Assembly (NCBI RefSeq): GCF_001194135.2
Contig: NC_068986.1
Coordinates: forward strand, 72,381,218-72,445,217
DNA from: Octopus bimaculoides
Taxonomy: Eukaryota
DNA length: 64,000 bases
Reading direction: 5' to 3'
Shown here piece after piece: positions 25,576-37,770 of the stretch. The notes beneath the pieces were generated by a model, which searched no databases, was not told where the DNA came from, and was given only the letters and a program-made list of their open reading frames with translations. The first letter of the stretch is position 1. Each line of letters begins with the position of its first letter. The position numbers were made by a program, and so were the translations under genes.

Positions 25576-25844
25576 TTCATCTCAGAATATTTATTGATCG
25601 TCACTTGATTCATCTGCTCCAAAAGTTTGTACTCCTCAGCAGTCCCTTCAAGTTCACCCCTCAAATAGATTGCAGTTTTACTCATAGTTTCCTGGCAGAG
25701 GCGCACTACATCAGCTGGCGGTTCATCTTTTGATTCTGACAGGTCCTCTACCTTGTTGCTATCTTCCATCCTGCTAGCTTCGTCTTCGTTTTTCATGCGA
25801 TTTTCATGGTCCTTTTTACTCTTCATACTTTCATGGCCTGCCAT
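25576..25844 (-). CDS. BLOC1S2: BLOC-1 subunit 2, partial (3' end in N gap); no intron in visible part; nested antisense in intron 1 of the RAB11FIP gene
   Basis: MAGHESMKS...EPPADVVRLCQETMSKTAIYLRGELEGTAEEYKLLEQMNQVTINKYSEMK closely matches my recollection of BLOC1S2 (ADITELCRDMFSKMATYLTGELTATSEDYKLLENMNKLTSLKYLEMK). No stop or frameshift in 269 nt. Confidence 0.9.
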
Positions 25845-25908
25845 TATTTACATGTATGAAGAAAACAGAAAAGCATATGCCTATCACAACATTTATTTCT
25901 TCATACAT

Positions 25909-26059
25909 ATGTTTTTCTATTTTGTTTTTTCACCCCGTTCTTCCAGCCTCACCACTCATTTTAAATTACATCTCCAACAAGTTAACTTGGGATCTCCTGA
26001 CCAACAACCTTCATTTTAACTAAGGTATCTTCAGCCTAATGAGTAGCTAGTGAAGTACT
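25909..26059. repeat. Right arm of ~150-bp inverted repeat flanking BLOC1S2
   Basis: atgtttttctattttgttttttcac...gagtagctagtgaagtact, reverse complement of 24560-24713. Confidence 0.9.
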
Positions 26060-28039
26060 CCTAGTTGAGTAATTATTACTTCTGAGGTTCTGCTATCTAG
26101 GAATCATTTGTAGCCTTGATTTTTACCTGCTCCATTCCCTCAATTTGGATTTTTATTCACTTTCATAGCAATCCTAGTTGCTAACCATGAACTATGAAAA
26201 AACTTTTTTCAGCTTGTGGGAAAAACCTGTAACCTTCTATGTCAATAAACTATTATTGTTCCTGAAAGTTGTTTTTTATACCCTACTACAGACTATACAA
26301 AGCTTACTAACTTCCTACACCTACATCCTGGATCTTACAATTATATATCATTATTAATATCTATATATAATCAACCCCTGTATTTCATGCCAAGCTAAGT
26401 TTCATTTAATGCTTTAAAATAGTTGTATTTTTATATCACATTTAACATGTCTATTTTAAGCAGGATATGTTTGTAGGTCATCATTAGAAGATCATTAAAA
26501 ATGAATAGAATAATTTGTTAGATCATTTAGAAAAGAAACTTGTCTGGCAACCATGTAAATGAAGATTGTTACATCATGTTGGAGTTATTTAAACATATGA
26601 AGCATACGTACACACCCACATGCACTCACAATAATGTTGTTTTACATGTTTCTCCATGTTGACAATGGTTGGATGAATTTTCTCTGACAGTTTTTTTATA
26701 ACACAATACTCTTCCTGTTGTTGACTCTTTCAGTTACCTCTTACAACAAGTAAAGATACAGTACATCTATTTGAAAACTGGAATACACTTATAATGATAT
26801 ATTATTTTTGCTCCAAAAATACATATTAGTATTAGCATAGTATATAGTAGTAGTAATATGAACTGCTACAAACTATAACAAATGGAATATAAGTGTGTTT
26901 AAAGGTACAATTAAGGTATATATTTTACATTAAATCAATGTGTCTAAAAAGATTCAAGTTATTACTATTCAACAGAAATTTTAGGTTACTCACTAATGTA
27001 TTTTGTTGCTATGCTGATAAAAGTGATTATTAAATCATTTCATGCATAAATACTGTCTTCTTATAAAATACAACAGGAAGAAATTTTTAAAAACTGCATT
27101 GTTAAATATTATACATATTGTGATGGATTTCAATAGAAATGATTAGACATTTTAAGTGAGATTTGCCTGTTTCCTTGAAGCTTATTCTAGTTCTTGTTTT
27201 ATTTATTTATTCATTTATTAAGGCTGAGTCATATGCGGAAGGGCATCACCTGTGACTTTTTTTTTTTTGTAATTAACTAGGTCACTAGTTTCCAGAAAAA
27301 TCTTTTATGGAAAATATTTTCACCACAAAACTAATAGCATACTCTTTTGCCATTCTGTGTACTACAGTAGCCATAACCTTCATGTTTATCAGAATAGCTG
27401 CACTCATGCCTGTTAATATGGCCACAGAAACCCTGCTTTGAGTTTTCTTCATTTTTTTTTTAGTTACTTAACCTTCAGAGTAGTCTTATATAAAATTGTA
27501 TCTTGTCTCTGTTAACCTGATTTATTGAACAGCTATGGAAACTACAGTCATTACCATGTTTTCTGCTTTAGAATAATAGCATTGATTGTCCCAATTACAG
27601 TTTTTATCTTTTCTGCAAGTGTATCTATATTCAGATATCTAAGTGGATGTATATCTATGATCTTTTGAAATGTGTTACACATCAATGTTCTTTGTTTACG
27701 CCATTTTACATTTTACTATCTTTCAGTATTAGTCACCTTTACATTTACCTAGATGATACAACAAACAGAAAAATTGTCTAATGAACATCATTCAGTATCA
27801 CATGTCAGTTTTGGGTCACATTGATGTTATATGGAACAAATAGAACACTGATATATGACTGAAGCTCCTTAACATCAGAGAGAGACAGTGGTATAAACAT
27901 ACCACTCAATCGTTATTATATGGTATACCAAAGTGAGACAATGATATAAAATGTAATGTGATTGGATCATTGATCTTTATTATTGTAATGTCCATGCTTC
28001 CATGTTTCATAGATTAGATGGAATTCATTGTGGCAGATT

Positions 28040-28372
28040 TTCTATGAGTAGATGCCCTTCCTGTAGCCAACTCTCTCTTGTTTCCAAGCAAGGAAATATT
28101 CCACTGTAACTGGACATGTTTTCACAGAAGGTTGTAAACAAATAACATTGCCTGTATGATGGTGATACTTATTTACAACTATTCAGTGATGTTAAGTCAA
28201 GGTGTGACACACACACACAAACACATATATATCAGACTTCTTTCCATCTACCAAAGCTATTCACAAGGCTTTGCTTGGTTTAGTGATTTAGAAGGCACTT
28301 ATCTAAGGTCCTGCAAAATAGGGCTAAACCTGAAACCATGTAATTGGAAGTGAATTTATAAACCACACAACC
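28040..28372 (-). mobile_element. SINE family A-related, minus orientation, degenerate
   Basis: cttctttccatctaccaaag...aaaccacacaaccata. Confidence 0.55.
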
Positions 28373-28639
28373 ATATTTGACACACATAACAGGAAGTTTG
28401 AATGACATAGATCACTATCTTGGTCTTTCCTGTATTGTCCTTATTCATTCACAGTATGTCCTATTCTTGATATCTGTGTCAATTTTGGTTTTCCTCTTCC
28501 TTTCTTCCTATTTATTTTCCCATTAAAAGATCTCTGTAAACCTTTTTTTTTTCTAATTAATTGTCCAGAATAGTTTTTTCTTTCTGATGTCTAATAGAAT
28601 TTTTGTAATCATTAGTGTTTTATCATCTCAAAAGTTTGC

Positions 28640-29600
28640 TGTATACAGGCTTACCATAATCTTCGGCGTGAAATTGGGACCACTGTGAGTTAAGACAGAA
28701 ACCAGGTAGTCAAGAAGGCAAGGTTCTGCCCTAGAATCAAGTGGAGTACTTAATAAAGTGTATAAGAACTGCCTAAGGATACTCCACAGGCTCTGGAGAA
28801 TCTTGTGAGTGATTTGGAAGAGAGACAAGGTGACTTATTAGTAGAGTGAATTCCAAAGGTGGAAGAATCAAAGATCATTAGTTATTTTAGAATGATCTCA
28901 CTACTTTGTTGATGGGAATATATTCTTCAACACTTGCTAAGTATGTGACAGTCTACCTCTTGAGGAATTCTTATATTGATACCTCAATTCAGAAAGGTCT
29001 CCTAAAGATATCATGTGTTTAGAACACTTAGGTGTGGTAACCCAGTTGATTGAGGAAGCTGTAAGAACCTAGGAGACCTGGCAGTGATGTGGCTGGATTT
29101 TGCAAATACTTTATAGATTCATTATCTATATACTAGTTAAAGAGGCTTTGAACAAGTTGCCATTCTCTGACAGATTCAGGAACCTCATTCTGGTTTATTG
29201 TTGTCAGCTTCAGTCTGAGAGTCTCTCCTGCATCTTCAGCATTCTAAGATGGTGCAGGCCAGAGAGGGGATTTATCGTTGGATGTTCCATTTCAGTGACC
29301 CTTTCACGTTTGCAATGAATATATGGGTAAAGTCTGTTGAAGTACAGTGCAAATGACTACAAATGACTTCCTTGGAGCATGAGCAGCCTTGTCTTGTAGG
29401 AATAGAATAGCAAGTTCAAGCTCCCTGTCCACAGCCTAAGGGACAAATTCATGGTGACTGTGGAAGTGCTGCAATAACTAAACTCCTGCAACCCCAAAAT
29501 CTCTTTGGCTGCTCTTGATGTCCACCTTCTTAGGCTTATTTGCAACGGTGCAAGACTAAGAGCTGAAAGTTGACCTGGCGAAGCAGTTGAAGTTCCTAGA
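28640..29600 (+). mobile_element. HERO/NeSL-like (R2-group) non-LTR retrotransposon relic
   Basis: Segments VVKKAR...KVYKNCLRILHRLWRIL, IPKVEESKIISYFRMISLL, ERGFIVGCSISV...AMNIWVKSVEVQC and DLAKQLKF resemble HERO-type RT and REL regions; heavily deleted. Confidence 0.65.
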
Positions 29601-30949
29601 AACTCTGATGTTAATACCATTCATCATCATCATCCTTCAACCAACTCCATTGACAATCCCCTTCCACACTACACGGTCGTCTACTGTGTTCCGATCTCTA
29701 ATATCCAGCCCTGAGTCCCGAGATACAGTATCTGGAAATGTCAGTTTCCTGGAGAAAACACTTCCAGCAGGATGCCATAGGAGGAGGGATGAGATAACCT
29801 TTTTCTGTGCTTGATTACAGTGGCCAAGCAGATGGTTCTGTTAAAATTCTCCATTTGTATTGAAGAAGCAAATGAGAGGCAGACAATGAAAAAAGCTGAG
29901 TTGGTAAAGTTATATGTAGCCAAGGTATCACACAGTGGGATCAAACTCAGAATAACATGGTTGTGAAACCAGCTTTAACCACACCACCATACCTGCACTC
30001 ACTTTTACCTCCATCTTATTTAGAAGTTTTTTTTTGTTTTTTGTTTTTTTTTTGATAATAGAGGAAAATAATTTTCTTGATACTTAAGAATTATATCACC
30101 AATTTATTGTCATGTCTAATGATACTTTATAAACAACATTTATTCTGAAACAAAGTTTTTAAAGCCTCCTGTTTTATATATGCTGACTACCGTATTTAAG
30201 GTGTGCAATCTTGCAGTGAAATATCTATTTTGTCTGTCTCTAATGGGATATGCTTGTGACTTAATGTCTGTTATGACTAGGTTGTATGGTCATCCAAACC
30301 CAATTGTTGACTATTATGTTTATTGTAGACTAATTGTTTACAACTTACCTTATGTACAGTTTTGTATAGACCTGTTGGTGAAAAAAAATCAATTTATAAT
30401 TTGTAGAGACTTTTTTGAGAGTGATTGGATAGCAGAATGCATGAGTTTAGTAACTCTTGAGATCAATAAACAAAATACAGGATGACTATGGTGTTGATTA
30501 TCAAACATTTACATTGTATAGTTACTACTCAGTCATTCCAAAACCAATGAAAAGTATACTTTCATCAGTCCAGAAAATAATATACATAGCCAATGAAAAT
30601 TTTTTAGCCTTTATTTAATGTTTATAATGATTGGAAACTTAGAATATGCAATAATTTACCACTACCTGTAATGTTTTATATATATATTTCTTCAATGAAT
30701 GCTGCTAATAAGAATTAAAGCAGTTCCTAGGAATATATATTAGGAAAAGTCAATCAAATAAGAGGCCCAGAAGTTGACACTCTTAACAATCAGGATGATT
30801 TTGAAAAGAACCTTAGAAATAGCATGAGCACATTTGTTCTGAAATGTTTGTATCTTCTGATGATTTGGGACTGATATTGAAGAATGGAGAGAACCATAAG
30901 TTTCAGTGATGGAAACTACAGTGAAATAAACAAGAACTTGAGCCTAATT

Positions 30950-31151
30950 AAAGGTTAGGAATTTCTTTTTCCTTATGCAAATCATACCTATAGGAGTAAT
31001 TTGCCATTTGGTTAATATGTTGGTTGATAATTATGTGTTAGTCCACTATAAAGGTTAGGAATTTTTTTATTCCTTATGCAAATCATAACTATAGGAGTAA
31101 TTTACCATTTGGTTTATATGTTGGTTGATAATTATGTGTTAGTCCACTATA
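30950..31151. repeat. Tandem duplication, 2 x 100 bp
   Basis: aaaggttaggaattt...gttagtccactat at 30950 and 31050, with about 5 differences. Confidence 0.9.
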
Positions 31152-32074
31152 ACAAAATTGATTTATCTCTTGCAAGATAAATAGGTTTGTCTATAATCTT
31201 GAGTTTATTAAGAAAGAAAATTATTATTTCTGGTGTTGCAACTTTTATTCTTTGTTCTTTGAGTAGCACATAAATCTATTTTAACTGTTTTAATTTAGTC
31301 AGAGATGTAAAATGACATGCAGATGCTTCTGTATGGCCACATGTAGTGAAACCAAGCTTTTTGAAGTAAATTTATATGTTGAAGTGTATAGGACACAGTA
31401 CTCTACTTATTATAGCTAATGATTCTGGCATAATTTAATTGGTAGTATAAGTTTAGCATTTTAGATATGAAGTAGAGTGATGATATAAACAAGTGTTTGA
31501 GATGGAAATCTTCTAAAAGAACCAGATATGTCAGGTCTTAAAGATTTAATGACAATACTAAAAAGAATGGGAAAACATTTGAAAGAAGAATTTTGAAGAG
31601 AAGAATTTTTATGCTGATAATTTAAAATTTCATTTTGTTTAGTGGGTACATGTACTCAGGGAAGTATTATTGAAGATTATTAATAGAATAACAAAATGTA
31701 ATGCAAGTGTGATGTTTTTTATTAATTAGGAATGTAAACTTATTGATATCTTTGAAAGTGTATGTATCTTTTTGTACATTTTTTTCTACAATGTTACCTA
31801 ATTTAGCATACAGCTTATGTTTGGAACAAAATAGCTTGTATATACATCCAGACCTCCCTAATTATGCACATCAACACTCTTTATCTGGTTAACTATCAAA
31901 CTGTGTTCTTTTTCTGTTTCAAATATTACAACATAGTCAACATTTGAAATTAGTCAAGTCTTTTGAGACAATTGACATTGCTTCATTTACTCAGAATAAT
32001 TTAAATAAATTAAATAATAATAATACAAAAGTATTTTTTCACCGAATTAGTATATACAAAATTATATTTTTCAG

Positions 32075-32174
32075 GAATTACACGGAATTATTCAATTCTT
32101 AGACCCTGAGAAAAAGGGCAAAATTAACTTTAGTGACTTCTGTCAAGGTGTACAACGGATATTATCATTACAAG
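32075..32174 (+). CDS. RAB11FIP3/4: RAB11FIP3/4-like exon 2 (EF-hand 2)
   Basis: Acceptor tttttcag, donor AAG|gtaagg. Phase 0 in, phase 1 out. ELHGIIQFLDPEKKGKINFSDFCQGVQRILSLQ, EF-hand-like LDPEKKGKINFSDF. Confidence 0.88.
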
Positions 32175-32364
32175 GTAAGGGATTTTTACAGCTTTTAATA
32201 TTGGTTTATGATGTAGATATAAATCTCATTTCCAGAATGTTACAGTTGATTATGTAGCTTCTGTCTGGATGTATGCATTGTAATAATGTATTGGAGTTTA
32301 ATGATGTATTATTAAGCTCTTAATTACCATGGGTATATTTTTTATATTCATACATCATACTCCC

Positions 32365-32400
32365 TCTCACTCTCTCTCTCTCTCTCTCTTNNNNNNNNNN

Positions 32401-32445
<45 letters not shown>
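32365..32445. repeat. (CT)n microsatellite spanning a 10-N gap
   Basis: Direct reading. Confidence 0.95.
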
Positions 32446-32447
<2 letters not shown>

Positions 32448-33024
32448 GCAAATCAAAAATAAAAGCAAAAACAACAAAAGTCAAAAGGACACACATAGTG
32501 AAAGTATTATGTTAACACTCAGTTTAAGATGGTAAAAAAGTGGGGGTGTAACTTTTCAAGCATGACTCTTCATCAGAAAGAGGAGAGAAGAAAGGTCTGG
32601 AGAAATGGAAAAAACATAGCCCAAGAAAAGCATGTGTGTATATATAAGTGCAGGCATAGCTGTGTTGCTAAAAAATTTGCTTCAGAACCACGTGGTTAAG
32701 GTTTCAATCCCACTGTGTGAATGCTGTTGGCTAACATTGACCCCATGCATCTTGGAATACAATCATCCTATTCTCTACAATGAGTTATTTGAGCAACAGC
32801 CTATTCATCAGATGATGATACACTTTTCTTCAGTTACACTCCAACAAAACATTCTTTTTATTCATTGCCTGAATGTTATACTCTATTTAGACTAGTATCC
32901 CTTCTAATGGAGATTTCTTTCCTGTACTTCATACAATAAAACCTCAGCTAATTAAGTATTCTCCATGAAGCCCTTGTGGTCTGGCAGACAACTGATTGCA
33001 TTAATAACATGCATATCAACACTA

Positions 33025-33330
33025 TCATTATCATCGTCATTTAATGTCCGTCTTCTATGCGTGCATGGGTAGGACAGTTGACAGTAGCGGGCCAGGTAGA
33101 AAACTACTCTAGACTACTGTGTCTGTTTTGGCAGGATTTTTATGACTGGATGCCCTTCCTAACACCAACCACTCTACAGAGTGGACTCGGTGCTTTTTAC
33201 ATGGCACTAGTACAGGTGAGGTTAGTTTTGGTATGATTTTTACAGCTGGATGGCCGTCCAAATGCCAACCACTTTACAGTGTGGACAGAATGCTTCTTCT
33301 GTGGCACCAGCACTGGCAGGGTCACCAAGT
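33025..33330 (-). mobile_element. Repeat family B, diverged
   Basis: catcgtcatttaatgtccg...ggatgcccttcctaacaccaaccac. Confidence 0.65.
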
Positions 33331-35243
33331 AAACTCACAAGACAAGGAATTGTGAGAGAGGCAGGAGCATTTGAGGAGGGGAACTTGTGTCAGAGGATAA
33401 AAGATTAGAGTGGCAGAGAGACAGCAAGAAGATTAGAGTGACAGAGAAAGAGAGAAGAAAGATAGAGTGAGAGGAAGAGAGAGAGAGAGAGAGAGAAGTA
33501 CAAAAAAGGGCCAGAAACTGGTGTGCTGATGTAAAGGAGATACTTGGTTACCTAGTCAGAGGAAACACAAGAGGAGGAGAGAGAGAGAGCAAGTGATCAA
33601 GAATGAAGGTAGAAATATGTGTGCTGCAAGAATGAAGGTAGAAATATGTATTTTGAAGCATTGAGAAGTACTGTTTAAAACTTGAACCGTTAAAATACCA
33701 TTCAAGAGACAGCTCTATAATCAAACAATAACTTCAGTACTTTCTTCAATGTTTTTCTTTTTTTTATCTGTGTAAAGTAAAAACTTTACTTCTGTTTGCC
33801 ATCACAATTCACAAATGATGTTAAATTTGCATTTGGTGAAATAAATGTTTGCAAAGGACACACAGCAAACAGAAAAGAACTGGTGGCTATTCAAGACAGA
33901 ATATCATATGAAGAAAAATAAACCAGTAATAAATCTCTACTTACTAGAACTACATATTAGCTCAGCCAATGGAAATCACATACACACACATTTGCTTTCT
34001 TTCTCTCTCTCTCTCTCTCTCATTCACACACCTACGCATGCACTAAAGTTATCTGCATTAAACTCCTCTGCACCCTACTTCATTATACATCTTGAGAACC
34101 TGTTATGTTATTAAATATGTATTAGAATGACCACACACATCTTTGATTAATTTGTCAATACTAAAAACAGTCATGAAACACAGAGGTTTATTGAACCATA
34201 TATCTACCAAAATGTCAAGATATTAGTAAAGAACTAAAAGTAAGAATAGCACCACCACCACCCCTGAAAACTGTAGCATATAGAAATTTGGTAAAACTAC
34301 ATCTGGAAAAAAAGATCCTCAAATAAAACCCTCTATAGAGTAGTTTCAATAAGAAATTATAAGTTACTGTGTAATATAAAGCAATTGTTAAAAACCTGTC
34401 AAAAACTGCAGCAGAGAGGAAGAAGAAAATTTTAAGAAGGCCAATCAATATTTTGTGTAAACTTAGTTTCTCATGAGAATTGTAAATATTTGAATGTTTA
34501 TATATTGTTCAGATGTACAGTCCTCAGAAAATGGACAATGTACACTTCTCTAACACATGCATGATAAATGGTAGGGATAAAACCTTTTGATTATTATCTT
34601 TTTTTTAATATGAAATCAAAAATAAGCATTGAAAAATAAAAAAAAAAGCTCCAATATTTTACTTTTGCCATTTACCAAAAGTAAAGGAGCAATACATTAC
34701 TGTACATATATAACAGAAAAGATAACATAGAACAGTAGTATTTGAACAGTATATACCTACCTGCATTAAATAAACGTTGAATATCTAGAAATTGTTAATG
34801 TTGGATAACTAGTAATTGTTATTGTTCAGAAAATAATATATGAATAGACCCTTATTTAGAAATAAGTTAGAACACTACAAATCTACTGTTTAAGTATACA
34901 TTATGTTTTCCATACATTTTTGGAAGAACAAAACAATTTACACACACACATACATGCACTCCTAAATACACATGTGTGTGCATACAGAGAGTGAGCTAGC
35001 TCACTATTGTGCACATACATGTACACAGTTGTGAGCTTGTCCTCTCTTTCTTCCTCCTCTCATACTAGGTAAATTTTATTGAAAATTTGAGATGCTATGT
35101 ACTTCCAAACAAACTGTAGATAGAAAGAGCTGTTGTGTAATCTTTTACAAGCTACAAAATGTTTACATTATAATTTTATCAAATAATTTGGTAAATTTGT
35201 GTTTCAAGGATATAATTGAAGGTTTTGTTTCTTATTCTTTTAG

Positions 35244-35302
35244 GTAACAATCTTATAAAAAGGAGTTGGTCAGATGTATCTGATGATGAATTGAATTTTG
35301 AA
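35244..35302 (+). CDS. RAB11FIP3/4: RAB11FIP3/4-like exon 3
   Basis: Acceptor cttattcttttag, donor GAA|gtaagt. Phase 1 in, phase 0 out. Open frame (G)NNLIKRSWSDVSDDELNFE. Confidence 0.75.
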
Positions 35303-37259
35303 GTAAGTTAAATTATAATAACAATTATCAAAATAATATTTCTAAAATTACTTAACCCTTTTACATTTAAACCAGCCAGCCATATCCAGCCCAGATATCA
35401 TACCTGTTTTACATTCAAACTAGCCAGATCTGGCTTCTCAAATCTGGCTGGTTTGAACATACAATATCATTCTAAAAATAAGCAATCACATCATCAGAAT
35501 TGCAAAGCTATGAGATAATGCATGATTAATTCAAAACAATGCAAATAAGCATAACATTTGACAGAGTAATCTGAATGCTAAAGAGTTAATGTTCTAGTCA
35601 ATTATTAAAAGTACTTAAAATACTGAGTTACCATACTAATTTGTTTTTCATAAGTGTTTATGTTCTAGATGCTTCAGCTGTTTTGCTATTGAACTTCCTA
35701 CAGTTAACATCAAAGATATTAGTAGTACCTGTAAAATTGTTGATGATATACCATGAAATAATTGGTTAAACGATCATATTTCCTTTTAAATATTAAGTCA
35801 GTGTTGCTTCTCCAATAGCTTTTAATTTGTGGATGATGATGATTGCAATGTATCATGGTCGATGCTTGAGCTTTTGTCAATTATGTAAATATATACAAAT
35901 TCATAAGGTCTGAGAACTCAATAACTATTTATTCTCCTTTTATCTTCTTTGAAACTAAATAATTTCAGCTATTAGAATTAACAGTGGTTTAAGTTAAAAC
36001 ATTCTTCAAAAAGCCTTTCTTGTAATTTGTATTGGTGTCTCATGTTGATTTTGAGTAGTTGTATGATAAAAAAAACAAAAACATTCCAACTTCTACCATC
36101 TCATTTTTTTTTAGATACAGTGTATCTAGGGTTGTATTATGCAATATGTCCTAATTTTCAAGACAGTATGGTGTGATTAAGAGAGATTTAGCTGCTATCT
36201 TTTGTAACTCAAGTGACTACATTGAGGTTTCCTCTTTAGTGATGATGTTAGGTAGATGGATATTATAAATGTAATTCTTCCAAAATAGACCTGGACTTTT
36301 GGATTTTATTTCTTCTGAGGTGCAATAGTGCACAATGCATTGCTATTTTAGTTTCAGCATTAACACCATAATTTGGTGTATCAAAAGTATTTAGTTTTCC
36401 AATTCTTAACTTTTTTCTATATTTGTTGTTGGTTCATGTTGTGTGCAGTTTTGTTTTTCTTTCATCCTCCTTACCAAATGGCAGTGTCTCAGCACAGCTA
36501 CAGTCAAAGGACTGAAAGCAGTAAAAATGGAAAAATATTTTTGTTGGAATATAAATCAAAAGAAAGCATATAAACATCTGCTAAATAGTCTGTTGCTCAA
36601 ATAACTTTTGTATGGCTTACAGGTTCTTCTTAGTTTGAGTATTCAGACAAATCTAGATCCTACATAAGGATAGTGAAAATAGATTTTAATTACTTTGATT
36701 TTCATTGTATTATATAACTGGACTAATGTTATATAAAGAAAATTACTTCTGCTGCTATTAGTACTATGTCATCTCAATGTAGTCTAGCCTGAGGTTAAAT
36801 GACTATCACCACTGTAATGCTGTTTATCTATCAAGTATGCTGAAGTAGATGGCAGTGGAAAATTACCGAAGCTAATATTTAAGAAAAGTAAAGATTCAAA
36901 CTGGACATTTTTGAATGCTCATTTCCTATAGAAGTAGGTAATATAGAGAAAATTAAGAACATTTAATCCTAATGTACTAAATTTAAATAATTACTTCCTT
37001 TGTTATTTATACAATATTTATGTAAGATTCATTAATGTGCTATACATAAATATTTATTTCAAATTTTTTTCATTTATATAGTTAACTTAGCAAAGACCAA
37101 ATGTTAGTAAGCAAGAAAACCGACAGGATTCTATTTTCCTTAAGCTAAGGACACACAAGGTGTGCTATAGGCAGTTTAACAGATTTAGTAGATTTTGTAT
37201 GAGTTTATGTGCTGGAGCTATAAACACTAAGAACACACAGGAAATAGATATTATCAAAT

Positions 37260-37770
37260 TGCCAAAAGGATCCATCTGCTATCTGACATAATTAGCAGTG
37301 AAGGCGGATGTTCTGAAAGTATAATAGCCTGGCGAGAGAAAGTTCAGAGAGCTATTACCATTGTTGATAACAAAAGGCTTCTCTCTCAGGATGAAAGGCA
37401 AACTGTATGATAGTTGCTAACAAACTAAAGACTAGAAAGAAATGAAGCAAGCATGCTCTGCCAGATGTGCATTGTCAGTATGCATGAATGATGGAGTACA
37501 CACGTGTTGGGAGGAAAACTGCACATAAGAGGAATCAGATGTGGTGTGCAAGAAAGAAGACTATGTGGTTATGGACATGTGAGATATGTGGATGAGGTCA
37601 GTTGTATAAAGAAATGCAAATCGTTTAATGCGGATGGAATCCGGGGAAGAAAACTACCTAGGAAGACATGAGATGAAGTAGGGAAGGCCAATTGCAAGAC
37701 ATTGAGTCTCATGGAGTAGATGTTAATAACTAAGATGATTGGTAATATGCTGTGCTCACCACTATGGTTC
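37260..37770 (+). mobile_element. RTE LINE 3' relic
   Basis: SLRMKGKLYDSC...LHIRGIRCGVQERRLCGYGHV...PRKT*DEV. Confidence 0.7.
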
